From NCBI GenBank assembly GCA_004431415.1, contig QPMI01000054.1:310001-374000 (forward strand): a stretch of DNA of 64,000 nucleotides, given 5' to 3'. The position numbers and the translations under genes were made by a program. The stretch's first letter is position 1. Each line of letters starts with the position of its first letter. The notes under the pieces were generated by a model. That model was not told the DNA's origin. It saw nothing but the letters and a program-made list of their open reading frames with translations, and made no database searches. This DNA comes from Cyanophora paradoxa CCMP329 (Eukaryota; Plantae; Glaucophyta). Positions 23,575 to 36,100 of the stretch are shown here, piece by piece.

Positions 23575-23900
23575 GCGCGACGTCTCCGGGTACAGAAGCG
23601 GCTGCAGATCGTCGTCCCATCTGGTGCGGACTTAATCAGCAGCAGACTCACGCGCGCAATTCGGCGAAGGTGCTAGCGGGCATAAGGCTGCGGCGCAATC
23701 TGCCAAACTTCGGAAGCAAGCACCGCGGCCAGTCCAAGAAGCCGAGCAGCGGAGTGCCGAGCGCAACAAGAGGGCGCGGCCCGGCTGGCGTGCTCGGCTG
23801 CGGGCAGCGCGGTACGCAGTACTGCGGTGCAAGCTTGATGCAGTGAAAAGTAGTCCAGGCGGCACGGGTACCGTGCGACGTACGCGGCGCACTGCATGCA

Positions 23901-24069
23901 GCTGCGAGGAAGCGGAAATCTAGAGGAGACGTTGACAGCTAGAGAGAAGTGGTTCCATGCAGAACCGCGCAACGAAGAGCAAGGCGCCGGCGTACGCGAC
24001 ACACTGCGAGGAAGCCGAAATCTAGAGGAGACAGCTAGGGAGATCTGGTTCCATGCAGAACCGCGCAAG
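23901..24069 (+). repeat. Direct repeat, two diverged ~65-bp copies
   Basis: CTGCGAGGAAGC(G/C)GAAATCTAGAGGAGAC...TGGTTCCATGCAGAACCGCGCAA at ~23902 and ~24004. Confidence 0.8.
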
Positions 24070-24770
24070 TCATTCGAAGACCGGAGTTAGAGAGAAGTTA
24101 GTTTTCCCCTCGAAAACCACTTTTCCCCCTCGACTTTGACGCTCGAAAGTCGAAAGCTGACCGGTCCACCGAGCCAATCGGATCACGAATAAAGCATCAT
24201 TTTTTCAGGTGTTGCAAACTGGACCTCGAAAACGGCCTCATAGAAAACTTTTGGCTGAAGCGAGGGAACGGGAAGCAAGGGGGGAAGACCTTCGGTCTTC
24301 TTTCCCCCCTTGCAATATAGTACGCGTGATACAATATCATAAGTATATATATATATACGTGTACATGATATCGATATCGATATACACCTTTCTAGATCTG
24401 TATTTTATATACGCTTACGCCACATGTACATGTACATGCATGCATATGTAGATCTAGACGTTTATGCCCGCGTCCCCCGCTGCAGCTGGTGCATGCGCAC
24501 GCCGGTCCTTGATTATAGGCTTCTGAAGCGCCCCATGGCCAATTGCAAGCCGCCCCCCCAACTGCACCCCCCCACCCCTCCCCCTACATTACAGTTAGAT
24601 GCATGCACTGCACAGTGCAGACGCCAATATCGATATCCGTCAATTGCAATGAAAGCTGGATCGTCTCAGGTTCAAATAACCTAACTCTGGATCTCCATCG
24701 GTGTCGCGATATACATCGATAATCTTCCGTTAGAAGGGGGCGGGGCGCCCCGGGCCCCGCACCCCGCGGC

Positions 24771-26804
24771 TCAGATGATGTTGGAGGTGCTCCCGGGCCG
24801 CGAGTCGCCCGACGGCGTTGCCCCGCCCACCTGGGCGCAGTCGCCGCCCGGGGCGCAATCAGAGGGAGGCCGGCCGCGATCAGCGCGGCGTCGGGCTAGC
24901 GCTGGGGGCGGCCAGAGGGGGCCATCATCTGCACGCCGGCGCACCGACTTGTAGTCGAAGAAGGCGGCGCCGTTGCTGGCCGCGGCGGCCCCCACCGCCC
25001 GCCGCTGCGTGTACCTGCGCGAGGCCGAGTCGGCGGAGGCAGGGGGGTACCGCGCCCTCGGCAAGTGGGGGGCCCGCACCACCAGGCGCCCAGGGACACG
25101 ACGATGCCGGCCAGGAAGGACAGGACGCCGGTCTGCGTACCCCGCGGTCGGCCGCGGGATGAAAGCGAGGGGGGTACGGGCGCACGGCGACGAAGCCGCC
25201 GCCGCCGACGGAGCGGACGGCGACGGGGGCGGAGGCCGACCGGGAGGGGGGTACTGGCTTCTCCTCACCGTGGGTTACAATGACGAGTCCGCGATGCCTG
25301 CGGGGCAGGGGTACGCCCTGAGCCGGAGAGCGCACATCGGCTCTCGCGCGGAGCGGGGGCGCACCGAGCGCCGTCGCGCGTGTTCATCGAACGAAGCAGG
25401 GTCTCGAGCTTGACCCACACGGGGGGGTACTTGAACCGCGCGACGTCCTGCGGGAAGGGGTAGGGGAGTATCAGGTGGGTACGGCGGGGCGGAGGGACGG
25501 GGTGCGGGCCATGATCAGGACGCGGTCGGATTCCTCGTCGTACGCGGCGGCGGGGCTCCAGTGGCTGCGCGCGGCGGGGTACGTCGGCCACGGGGCCGGG
25601 CAGCAAGCAAGCCTCCCCGCCACCACCAAATGGCGTACCCGCCCTTGATCTCGCCCATCTCGCTGCGGAGAAAGTTGATTGCGACGAAGCTGCCGCTGCT
25701 CGCGAAGACGCGCCGAGCGATCCCTCGGAGCTGGTGGGCGGGAGGGGGGGAGGAGTCACGCAGGGGTACGGCGGCCGCCTTGAAAAGAGAGCAGCGGACC
25801 GCCTCGAGGGAGGTCTCGTTCCCGTAGTGCGCCTTCGCCTTGACGCCGGGGAACGCTCGGGCGAACGCCTCCCACTCCGCTGCCGGCGCCCGCGCGGGCC
25901 CGTGAGGCGAGGAGACGCGGCGCGGCGCCCGGCGGCCCGCGCGGATCAAATTGGCGTCCAGCCGTCGCACCCATCTCCATCCCGCGCTTCTCGATGTCAG
26001 CGCGCCTCACGACGCGCTCGGTCGCCGCGCTGAAGAGGTTCTGCAGGGCCGCGTCAGCCGCGCCGGCGGGCGGCGGGCGGGCGGGCGGCAGAGGCTTGCA
26101 TTCTGAACGTAGTAAGGGAACCCGGGAAATAGCTCCGGCTGCAACACCGAATGAGCGACGCAGACCAGGAACGCGCTCGAGCTCGCACCGCCGGAACGCC
26201 CAGCGCGTTCAGAATCGTGGTGAAGGTAGCGATGCCTGGGCGAGGGAGCGCGTGAGAACCTCGCCCAAACGAACAACGGACTAGTGCGGCACTTACCGCA
26301 GAAGGCCTAACCGCGTGACAGGTAAAAAGAGAGCGAGTTCGAATCGACCGCGGTACGAGCTCGGGCGGGGGATCGTGTTCGAGCCTCGAGGGCGCACCTG
26401 GTTCTCTTGGGTTACGATGTGCGAGGAGATGTTGAAGAAGTCCGCGTTGTACGGCCAGCTCCGGTCGATCAGCTCGGCGCCTGCAGCGGTTATCGGCCGC
26501 GGCTTGAGCGGCGGGCGGTGTTTCGAATGGGCTTTAGAGATCTCGGCTTGAGCCGCTGTGACGGCTGTGCTCGAGCACTGGAAGGTGCCATTATTGGGCT
26601 GTATAGGCGTCCAAGAAGCACACGGCGGCAAGCGCAGCCCCCCGCGACCGGCGGCGCTGCAGCTGTAGGCGCGTGCGGACCTTCTGGCGAAGTGAGCGAG
26701 ATCAGCGTCGCGGGCACGTCGTAGAACGCGAGCGCCGGCATCGCTGCGCCTAGCAGGGCGATGCCGACGAAGAGGACGAGCGGCCCCGCGCTAAGGCGAC
26801 GCAT
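24771..26804 (-). CDS. PCS: Phytochelatin synthase-like papain-fold enzyme (prokaryote-type catalytic domain) with signal peptide and C-terminal TM segment
   Basis: MRRLSAGPLVLFVGIALLGAAMPALA signal; LISLTSPEG, NADFF..IVTQENQ|AFCG (catalytic Cys, in a ~10-nt micro-exon near 26295-26305), [58 protein letters not shown] (His, Asp), HRGLVIV; then hydrophobic GLSFLAGIVVSLGAWWC. Confidence 0.88.
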
Positions 26805-27536
26805 GCTGGTCGGCGTGCTCGCGTTGTAGTGAGCTCGGATCACTGGCACAGCTGTTCCGCTGCCGTTGCTGCGCTGGCGGCGTGGCCGGGGGAGTTTCGG
26901 CGGCGACCGTATGAAACGACGCTGCCGATCTGGGGCGACGGCTTGACGCGCTTCTCGCTCCTGATTCCGCAACCGGCGCTGCTCGCTCGAACTGCGAGCT
27001 CTGAACTTCCCAGCTGCGCGTGCTCTTACACCTGTACCCCTGCCAGTCTGAAAGCCGCAGCGCTCGCGGACTGGCTGAGTCTGGCTCTTGTCACGGGTTC
27101 AGCTCTCCAAACTAAGACCAGATCCCTCATCAGCCCAAATTTTGTGCCCCTCCTGTCCCCTGATCGCTGAGGCCGGCTCGCAAGTTTCGTCGCAACTCTC
27201 AGCCGGCTCGTGGATCATCTCGCAGGCCAGTACAACTTGCGTAGCCGCCTCGCCGCAGTGGCGAGCGGACGCAGGGCCGATTAGGACGTGCCGATTGGAG
27301 CAGCGGCCGGTTCATCCTGAAGCTGCCGCAGCCGTTCGGGACCGGCTGCGGATGAGGTTATCATTCAGCATAGCTTGAGGCGGGGACCGTATAACGGTAG
27401 GCGGCATAGCCGGCGCCTGGACAGGCGACCGACCGCAGTCTGGGCCGACCGCAGCGCGAGAGGCCGACCCGCCTGCGTTGCACCCGGACCTCAGGGCTTG
27501 GGCGGGCCTCTAGGAGAGCTGCGATCGGCGCGAGGA

Positions 27537-30500
27537 TGATGGCGCCCCCGCATCGCGGCACGGACGGCTGGGAGGGCAGGCGCGCGTCCCTGGCCCAGGT
27601 GGGCTCCCCGGGCGGGCGCGGGGCCGCGTACCCTCGAGCCCAGGCGCCGCCTCGGGCGGCTCGCGCCGTCGTACCGACGCCCCCTGGCGCGCGCAGGTCG
27701 ACGACGCGCTCTCCCGCCTGGCGCGCCTCGTGGGCCGGGTCCGGCCCCCCCCCCCCCCCCCCCCCCCCCCTCCCCCGCCTCCCCGCCTCTAGTCCCCCTC
27801 GAGCTCGTCTGCTCACGCCGGCGCCGGGGCGCAGGAGGGCGACGCGTCGGGCGGGGCGGCCGAGGCGGAGGCGGAGGGCGGCTTCGCCTCCTCCTTCGCC
27901 TTCGACCCCGACTTCAAGCCCCGGCACGAGCTCGTACCCCCCGACAGCGAGGACGCCGAGGCCGCCCCGCACGATCACGCCCCGCACCCCGCGCGCGGCT
28001 TGAAGTGGAACTCCATCGCCTCCCGCGTCAACTCGCGGGCCGCGCGGTACCCCCCGCTGTGCCTGCATTTCCGTACCCCCACCGTCGACCTCGTCTCGCC
28101 CGCAGAGTGGACAAGGCGGTGGCGGTGGCGGCGGCTGCGTTCCTGACGCGGGACGAGGGCACGGCGCAGAAGCAGCAGGAGGACTTCGTACGCGCGGGGG
28201 TACCGGGTTCTTCTCCCGCCTGTCGCTGATGCCCCGCTGTCGCAGAGGAGGAATCTCGCCGCGATCCGCCAGAAGATGGGTGCGCCGCACCCCTGCTCCG
28301 AACCCCCGAAAAAGACCCGCTGATCGTTGTGGCCGTACCCCGCAGTGTCGGCGAACAAATGGGACCCGCAGGTGGGGTACAAGGTGCTCGTCCCGGGCCG
28401 CCCCGAGCTCGAGCGCCTCCTCGCCAACTCCTACCGCCACTACCGGTCCGTGCCCGTACCCCCCAAGGCGCCCCTCTTCGAACCAACCGATCCGTGCCCC
28501 CGACAGATTCGACGTACCCCACAACACCAGCCGAATAGTCATCTACCTCGGGGCCCTCAGCGGTGACCCAGACCTGTACGCCTCCTTCCTCTGGTGCGGC
28601 ACCCCCTGCGCCCGTACACCCGTACCCCCCGAGCGCGCCGCGAAGGGAGTACCCCTCCGTGGAGCAGCACCACTGGAAGTCGGACCGGGAGGGGGACGAC
28701 GCCATCGAGGTGACGCCCCGCGCCCCGCGCCCCGCGCCACCGCTCTAGATTTCCGCCCCGCCTCACCTGAGCGGCGGGGTCGCTCGTGCTCAGGTGACGG
28801 ACGAGGACCCGCACTTCCAGACCGCCCCGCTGTACATCGGTGCGGGCGCCCCGGGCGCTGGGCCCGGGCTGCCCTGCCCCGCTGACGCCGAGGCTTTCCG
28901 GCCCCTCCCCAGGGGTCTTCGGCAAGGAGATGTCCGAGTTCCGCCTCTCCGTCAGCGCGTACCCCTCCCACATCCTCCGCTCCGCCTGGTCCGCCCCGCA
29001 CCCCCGCTTCCGCCCCGTTACTCTCTCTCGAGCTCTCCCGCCCGCCGACGCCGATCGGCCCGTCCCGGCAGCGTCGAGAACGGGAGGTGTACCCCCCGCG
29101 AGCCCGCGTACTTCCGCGTTCTGGTTTGGAGTCTGCCCAGGCTCTCACCGCCGAATTTCTGATATGTACCCCCGCAGCTGGAGGACCCCCGCCAGTCGGT
29201 CTGCTTCCGCATCTGTGCGCCCCCCCCCCCCCCCCCCCCCAATCCACCCCGTACCCCCGCTTTACATTCTGCTCGATGCGCAGGGCTGCGGGAGGGTCAC
29301 TCGAGCCACGCGAGTGCGTCGTCGCAACCTCCCCCGCTCTATCTCCCCTCCCCCACCCTCCTCATATTTGCGTACCCCGGCAGAGTTGGACGACGACAAC
29401 AAGCCGCGCATCCACGTCTCCAACCGCCACAAGTTCCCCGACGCGGGTACCCCTCTTTCCCTCCCTCCGCGACCCTCACTACCCCTTTGCGCACCGCCGG
29501 CGGCCGCACAGTGGCGAGCGTCTGGTCTGGGGCCTTCGAGGAAGGGGCGGAGGAGGTCACGGTGGTCGCAAACCCAGGGGAGCCCCACTTCCGCCCCGGT
29601 CCGCCCTGGAGCCGCCCCCGTCCATTCCTAGGCCCCGTGTACCCCGTCCCCTCGCTTCCGCCCACGCTCCTGTACCCCAGGCTGGCACTACGCCTGTGTC
29701 GAGGGCCCAGCGGTCGCGCACTTCAAGATCCTCGCCTTCCAGCGGCCTTGTGCGCCCCTGTACCCCCAGATCTCCCTTCCCCCCCCGTGACGCCACGGCT
29801 CCGCCGCGTCAGATCCACCGGACGTGAGGGCGGATCCGCGGGCTCTCAAGGTGCGGTACCCCCCTTGGGCTCTCCCCCGTCCAGCGTCCCTCGCACTGAG
29901 AAGGGTACAACAGACGCTGACCCACAACGTGAACCGGGGCCTCTACAGCCGCGTCGCGTCCAGCAGCTCGCGTACCCCCCTCTCCCGCCTCTCCCCTTCT
30001 CCGCCTGCGTCTCCTGACGCCCTCCTCTCGGCGCAGTGATCCGGGTGGCGGGGTCGACGGCGGCGGCGGCCCCCGCGGAGCGGCTGCCGGCGCCGGCGCG
30101 GACGCCCCTGGCGCGGGCCGCCAGCTTCTCGCGGTCCAGTTCGAGGTCGTCCCTCTCGCCGGGGCCTGCGCCGGGGCCGGCGCCCCTCAACGCGGGGGCC
30201 CCCGTCCCCGAGCCCGGGGCGGGGGCGGGGGCGGAGGCGCCGCGGCTGCCGCTGGCGGCCTCCTTCAAGTTCGGCTCCCGGGCGCGCCTCGAGGCCCTCC
30301 GCCACGGGGCGGAGGAGTCGCCCTCGCCCGAGCGCCGCCGCCTCGGGCCCCTCCGCTACAGCCGCCGCGCCAGCGCGCCCGACCCCGCCCACTTCGACCT
30401 CGACCTCGACGGGGGCACCGGGAGCGGGAGCGGGAGCCCGCCGGCGTCCAGCCCGCCCGAGTCATACCCCGCGTCGCGCGCCGAGTCCCCGGGGCGGCTG

Positions 30501-30683
30501 CTCCCGCCCATCGCCCCGGGGCGTCCCTCCTCCTCCTCGCCCCTCCCGGGGGCCCCGGGGCCGGCTCCCCGCCCCGGCTCGGCGCTCCTCTCCCACCGCC
30601 GCTCCATGCCCGACCTGCTCGACCCCCTCTCCGCCGACGGGCGCCCCCCGCACCCGCTGCCGCACCCCCGCTCCTTCCTGTAG
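27537..30683 (+). CDS. Hypothetical multi-exon protein with PPC-like (pre-peptidase C-terminal) beta domain(s) and a Ser/Pro-rich tail
   Basis: Exons: FDVPHNTSRIVIYLGALSGDPDLYASF / EYPSVEQHHWKSDREGDDAIE / VTDEDPHFQTAPLYIGVFGKEMSEFRLSVS; a second degenerate copy (KPRIHVSNRHKFP...WHYACVEG). No signal peptide seen; start codon uncertain. Confidence 0.6.
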
Positions 30684-31187
30684 CTCGCCGTACCCCCGAG
30701 CCCGGGGGCCGCCACGCGCGGGGTGGGGGGGCCAGCCGGCGCCCATCGCAGGCACGCCCCAATTGCAATCGACGTCGCCTCCGTCGACGTCAAAAAGCAT
30801 TTCTATTTCTTTGAAGTACTCTCCCCGCATCATGCTAGCCCCGCTCGTTTGTACGACCCGCCAGTTGCTGTCTATTGCTGTCTTGAATAGCACAGGTACT
30901 TGTAGAAGTATGCAGGACATTTGTATAGCGTAGATAGCTACCAGAGTGATCAACAAATAATTATAAGGATGTAGTCTAACTTATCAGCGTGTTTGTTAAC
31001 GAATTACATAATTTGCGTTACATCTTGATCTGAAAGGCCAATGAAGGTCAACCAGAGAGCGCGTGAGGGCCAACCCGGCCGGGCGAGAGAGGGAGTAGAC
31101 TTCCGATCGACGTCGAGGTCAGTCCAGGAGGGAGATGGCGGAGGCCTTGGCCGCTGCCTTGGCCGCCCTCGCCGCTGCCCGCGCCCC

Positions 31188-32642
31188 TTAAAGAGGGGGG
31201 GCAGGAGGAGGGGAGGGGGGTGCCCCCGCACCGGCCGTGACGCGGACGAAGGGCTTCAGCACGCGCTCCCAGTACACCGCGTCTGCAGAGAAGGAGAGAG
31301 GGTGGGCGGGGGCGCGCGGGGGGCCGGGCGGCTCCAGGGGGGGTACGCGGGCACCGATCTCGGGGTCGCGCTCGCGGAGGCCGTCGAGGGCGTCGATGGC
31401 GTCCGCGAAGCCGGCGCCGTCGCCCCCGCGCACCGCCTCTCGCAGCGCCTCCACGACCTGCCCTCGATCCTCGCCGCGCGCCCTCTCCTCCGCGCTTCGG
31501 GGCGGGGGGCGCGCCGCTCGCGCCGCACCGCCTCGAGGTTCGGGGCGAAGGAGCTGATCGCGAGCTCGTCGATGTACCCCCCGGCCCGCTCCAGGGCCTC
31601 CTCTACCCCCATCGGCTCCGGTCGGAGGGGGAGGGGAGCCGCGGCGGGCGCCGCGGGGCGAGGCGGGGCGGCGGCGGCGGGGCGGGGCGGAGGGGCGGGA
31701 CCGCGGGGCGAGGGCACGGGGGCCGCCGCGGATCGCCGCAGGGACGAGGAGGCGGCAGATGGGGCGTGAGGGGCGGCGCCGGCCCCCGAGGGCTTGAGGC
31801 GGCCGGACCGGCCGACGGGCCGCGGGGGACGGCGCCTGCGGGCCACGCGGGAGGGGCCGGGCGGGGCGGGCGCCGGGGCGGGGCGGGCGGGCGGGGAGGG
31901 GGCGGCGGGGGCGCGCGGGGCGGGGGCGGGGGCGGCCTGCGCGGAGCGGAAGGAGGGGCGGAGCGGAGGGAGGGTCGAAGGAGGCCTGGGAGGGATTCGA
32001 GGAGCGGAGGAGGGAGAGCGGGAGCGGCGGCCGCGCCGGGGCAGCCGAGCCGCTGAACGACGAGGCGCCGCCGCCGGCGAGCGAGGGGACCGACGCCGCC
32101 TCCGCCAGGCGCGGCGAGGCGCCGGCCGGCGCCAGCGGGGGCAGCGGGGCCGGCGCCGCGGCGGGCCGCCGAGGCGAGTGGGCGGGACCGCCGGCGGTGG
32201 GAGCGGGGGCGGCAGCGGCCGCCGCAGCTGCTGCGGGGCGGTGGCGCACGGGAGAGGAGCGCATGCGCTCGTTCCGATCGGCGGCGACCTTCCGGGCGCC
32301 GGCGGTGGCGCGCGAGAGGCCGGCCAGCCGCTCACGCTCCGCCGGGTCGCCTTCGCTCTCCCCGGAGCAGCGCGGAGCCGCTGGCGGGTCCTCCTGCAGC
32401 TGCACCTGGAGCTCCAGCTCCCTCAGCCGCTCCCGGCGGGGCCCGCGCCGCCCGGGCTCCGCCGGCCCCTCAGGCTGCGCGGCCTGCGCAGCGGCCGGGT
32501 CCGGGACGATGACGGAGGCCAGGAGTGCAACATATGCGTCCCGCTCCAGTGCCCGAGGCAGCTTCTTCTTCTGCGACCGCCCTTGCTCCTGCTGCTCGAT
32601 CGCAGCGGCGATCTTCGCCGAAACGGACGGCTTGAGCACCAT
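31188..32642 (-). CDS. Hypothetical protein
   Basis: MVLKPSVSAKIAAAIEQQEQG...DAYVALLASVIVPD; later GVEEALERAGGYIDELAISSFAPNLE / QVVEALREAVRGGDGAGFADAIDALD / DAVYWERVLKPFV, separated by typical introns. Confidence 0.5.
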   Translation of the reverse strand: MVLKPSVSAKIAAAIEQQEQGRSQKKKLPRALERDAYVALLASVIVPDPAAAQAAQPEGPAEPGRRGPRRERLRELELQVQLQEDPPAAPRCSGESEGDPAERERLAGLSRATAGARKVAADRNERMRSSPVRHRPAAAAAAAAAPAPTAGGPAHSPRRPAAAPAPLPPLAPAGASPRLAEAASVPSLAGGGASSFSGSAAPARPPLPLSLLRSSNPSQASFDPPSAPPLLPLRAGRPRPRPARPRRPLPARPPRPGARPARPLPRGPQAPSPAARRPVRPPQALGGRRRPSRPICRLLVPAAIRGGPRALAPRSRPSAPPRRRRPASPRGARRGSPPPPTGADGGRGGPGAGRGVHRRARDQLLRPEPRGGAARAARPPPRSAEERARGEDRGQVVEALREAVRGGDGAGFADAIDALDGLRERDPEIGARVPPLEPPGPPRAPAHPLSFSADAVYWERVLKPFVRVTAGAGAPPSPPPAPPL

Positions 32643-33140
32643 CGCCGCCCTCGGCGCTCCTCCAGCGCTACACAGGTCGACTGGCCAGAGCCTCCAATTC
32701 GGTCGCTCGTTGGACAGCAGCGCAGAAAGCGCGGCCTCTGGTCGCTGCGTACGAGTGACGGTGCGCGGGACCGCTGGACGGGCCAGAAGGGCAGTCAAGG
32801 CGGGCCGCAGGCAGCAGGCGGCAGGCCGCAGGCTCAGCGTAGGGGTACACGGCAATAAGCAGACCGAGCTTGCAGCCCGGTGCAGATCTAGCAGCTGCAG
32901 CAGCAGCTCTCTTTAGCTTTCGCGCTGCGCCCGCCTCCCGCCGGCCCCCAGGTCGGCTGCGGCACGCCGTGACGCACTTGCCCAGCGGGAGCACTGCAGC
33001 AGGTGCCAAGGCGCTGCATTGCTGTTTACTTGCTTGCTTGCCGCATGGCGGCACCTCCGACCGTGCGACCGCCTCGCACGGAGCCCTCGAGCCGCAACTT
33101 CTGCCCCAGCAGGTAGCGTAGCAGGCAGCAGCGTAGAACT

Positions 33141-36100
33141 ATGGGTCTTGCCAGTGTACGCATCTTGATCGGCGCCCTGGTCCTGCTGACCGGCTCGTTT
33201 GCGCTGGCACAAAGTGCGTGCCTCATGGTTGTAGTCTGCCGGCTTCCCCGTCGCTTGGCTGACAGGGGGAGGCGCCGAAGCAGCGGAGGCTTGCATCGAA
33301 GGGAAGCTCATGCCGATCAACGACACAAACGGCACCATTGAGGCTTCTTCGCCAGCCAGCGCTTCCGCGAGCTTCAACTACTGCGACTGGTTGCTGCAGC
33401 CAGCCGGCGCAGGCGACACCGGAGAGTGCGACAACGGGTGCGGCACCCTTAGCTGACCGGGCCTTGTCCGCGCGGCTCACAGTGCGTGGTCAGACAAGCG
33501 GTGGGGAGCGCGTTCTGCCGCGCTGCGTTTGTGGCGCTGAGCCTGGACTCGTTCGACCTGAAGGCCGGGCAGTACATCCACGTGTACGACGGCACGAGCG
33601 CCTCGGCGCCGCTCCTGGCGACCTTCACGGGGAAGAGCGCCGACACGAAGAAGCGCGTCGTCGGCTCCTCGCGCTCCGCGCTCCTCCTCCGGCTCTCTTT
33701 CACCACCAGCGGGTCCGCGGCGGGCACCTTCTCGGCGTCCTACCAAGGTGCCGCGCCCCGGCCTCGCGCGGCCCCGCCGGCGGGCCCGCCCGGAGCCGAC
33801 CGGCGGGCCGCGCAGGGGTCGCGCGGCTGCCGCCCTCGCTGAGCGTCGCCGGCTTTCGATCGCGGACCTACCGCTACTGGGGCTTCCGCGTGAACACGAC
33901 GGAGCGGGGCGCGGGGGCCCTGGCGCGCGTCGAGGCGACGATCGGCCCCCCCACCGTCGACCCCGAGCGCTCCTCCAACCTGCGCGCCCTCTTCCTCCGC
34001 CAGGGCCCGCCCCCCCCCCACCTTTCCTTCCTTTTTCCTTCCTTTCTGAGGCGCCGGCAGACGGCCTGCCCTTCGTCAACCCCCGCACCCGCGTCGGGCG
34101 CGCCCCGCCCCGCCACTCCCGCCCCGCCCTCTCCTCGCGCTTTCCTCACGCGGCGCGCGCGCGCGCGCAGGCAATGGGACCGGGCGGACTACGCTGGGAT
34201 CGAGAAGACGGCGTCGCTCGGGTCCAAGGCGAACAGCTACCAGACCATCCGCCTGAACGCCTCCGAGGTCGCCAACTCGACGTGGTGCGCCCCTCCCGCT
34301 TCGAGCCGCCCGCCCGGCCCGGCCCGCCTCCGACGCGCGCGGGGCGCCGGCGCGCAGGTTCGTCCTCGTGTACAGCTTCGCGGAGCCGGGCGACATCTCC
34401 CTCCAGCTCACCTACAACGACGGCCGTGCGCCCCCCGCCCTCCTCTCTGCTCCGCCGCCGGCGCCGGCGCCCGAGGCCGAGGCGGGCGCCGACGGGCCGG
34501 CGGGGCGCAGAGAGCATCCCGTGCCCGCGGCCGGGCGGGGTCGAGTGCTCGGGCAAGGGGACCTGCTCGGCCGCCACGGGCCTCTGCGCCTGCGACGCCA
34601 CGTTCATCGACGTCGACTGCAGCGCCAGTGCGCCCCGCCCCGCCCCCGCTCCATCCCGGCGCGCGCGCGCGCCGACGCCGTGGGGCCTGCGGCTGCAGCG
34701 TCGCTGCAGCCGCCGCTGCTCGCCGGCAAGTCGGGGATTTTCACGGGCAGGCTCAAGGGGATGGTCGGTGCGCAGCGCAGCTGCGGGCCGCCCCCGCGCC
34801 GCGCCAAAGCGGCCAGACTTGAAGAGGAGCCTCACTCGGGCGCCTCGGCGGCGCAGTGCACGAGCTGCGCATCAACGGGACGGGCAGCTTCATCGTGGAG
34901 CTCAACCGCACGGCCGGCAACCCTCTGCTCCTCCTCAAGGCGCGGCTGTTCACCGTGCCCTCCTCCCCTGCCCCTTCTTAGCCCCCTCCGCAGCAATCCG
35001 GCGCCCGGAACGTGGAACTGCCCTCGCTCGTATTCGACCCCGACACGACCATGGACATCTCCTCGGCCGTCTCGCTGCTCAAGGTCCGGGATCGATCCCG
35101 CGCGGGGCCCGTCTCCTCGTCCCTCGCGCCGAGCGGGCCCGCTCGCCGGCAGACGCACCGCATGCGGGGATACGCGGCCGCGGCGGGTATGTGGTACGTG
35201 GGGGTGTACAGCGACCAGCAGACGCTCGCGGACTGGCGCCTCGATACGCCCTCCATCCTCATACCGCCCCGCCAAGTCTCCGCCCCGTCGGAGTACACGC
35301 TCACGGTCACGTGGCTGGGTGAGCCCCCACCTCGTGTCCCCGTACCCCGACCTCTCTGAGCGCTCCCGCCGTCTCGCAGCCGGGGAGGAGGTGCCCTGCC
35401 CCTCGGACTGCCCCGCGGCCTACTGCAACCGGTCCACGGGCAACTGCGACTGCCCCAGTGCCCCCAAGCCCCTCGCCGGGCCCGCCTGCGCCGAGAAGCT
35501 CTACTCCATGACCCTCCAGGTGCGCCGTACCCCGGGGAGGGGGGGAGCGCCGTACCCCCCTTGCCCCCGACGCTGTTCCTCAGACGGAGAGCGACACGTT
35601 CGCGGAGGCGAACATACCCCCCGCCTCCTGGCTCTACGTGAACATAACCGTACCCCCCACATCGCCCCGCGCGGCGCGGGTGCGCGCCCCACCCCGCCCT
35701 CCCCTTCCCTCTCCCCGCCGCCCTCTCAGCGCGGTGGTGTTGGGCGCAGGTGGACGTCGCCCTCAAGTCGATCACGTCGGGGGACGGGACCCTCGTCGCC
35801 ACGCGCGACACGCTGCCCCTCTACGTGCGTACCCCCCACCCCCTCCCCCCGTTCCCTCGGCGCCGCTGGCGGGCCTCGAGCGCCGCGCACCGCTGACTCT
35901 CCCCGCCCCTCCTCGCCCCTTCTCCCGCCCCCGCAGGCCTACCGCTACCGCAGCGGCGTGGTGGCGCAGTACATCGGGCCGCAGGCGCGCCCCGCCCCCC
36001 CTCGGCCCCCGCCCCCCGCCTCCCGCCTCCCTCCGCGCCTGACGCGGGGGGCGGGCGGGCGGGCAGGCGCTGGCGGGCCCGTCGGCGGCGAGCCGCTTCA

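Noticed and set aside
30780-31060. AT-richer ORF-like stretch (LITLVAIYAIQMSC...)
   Set aside because: No ATG-led model or recognisable motif; lies between convergent stops and is most simply 3' UTR/terminator sequence.
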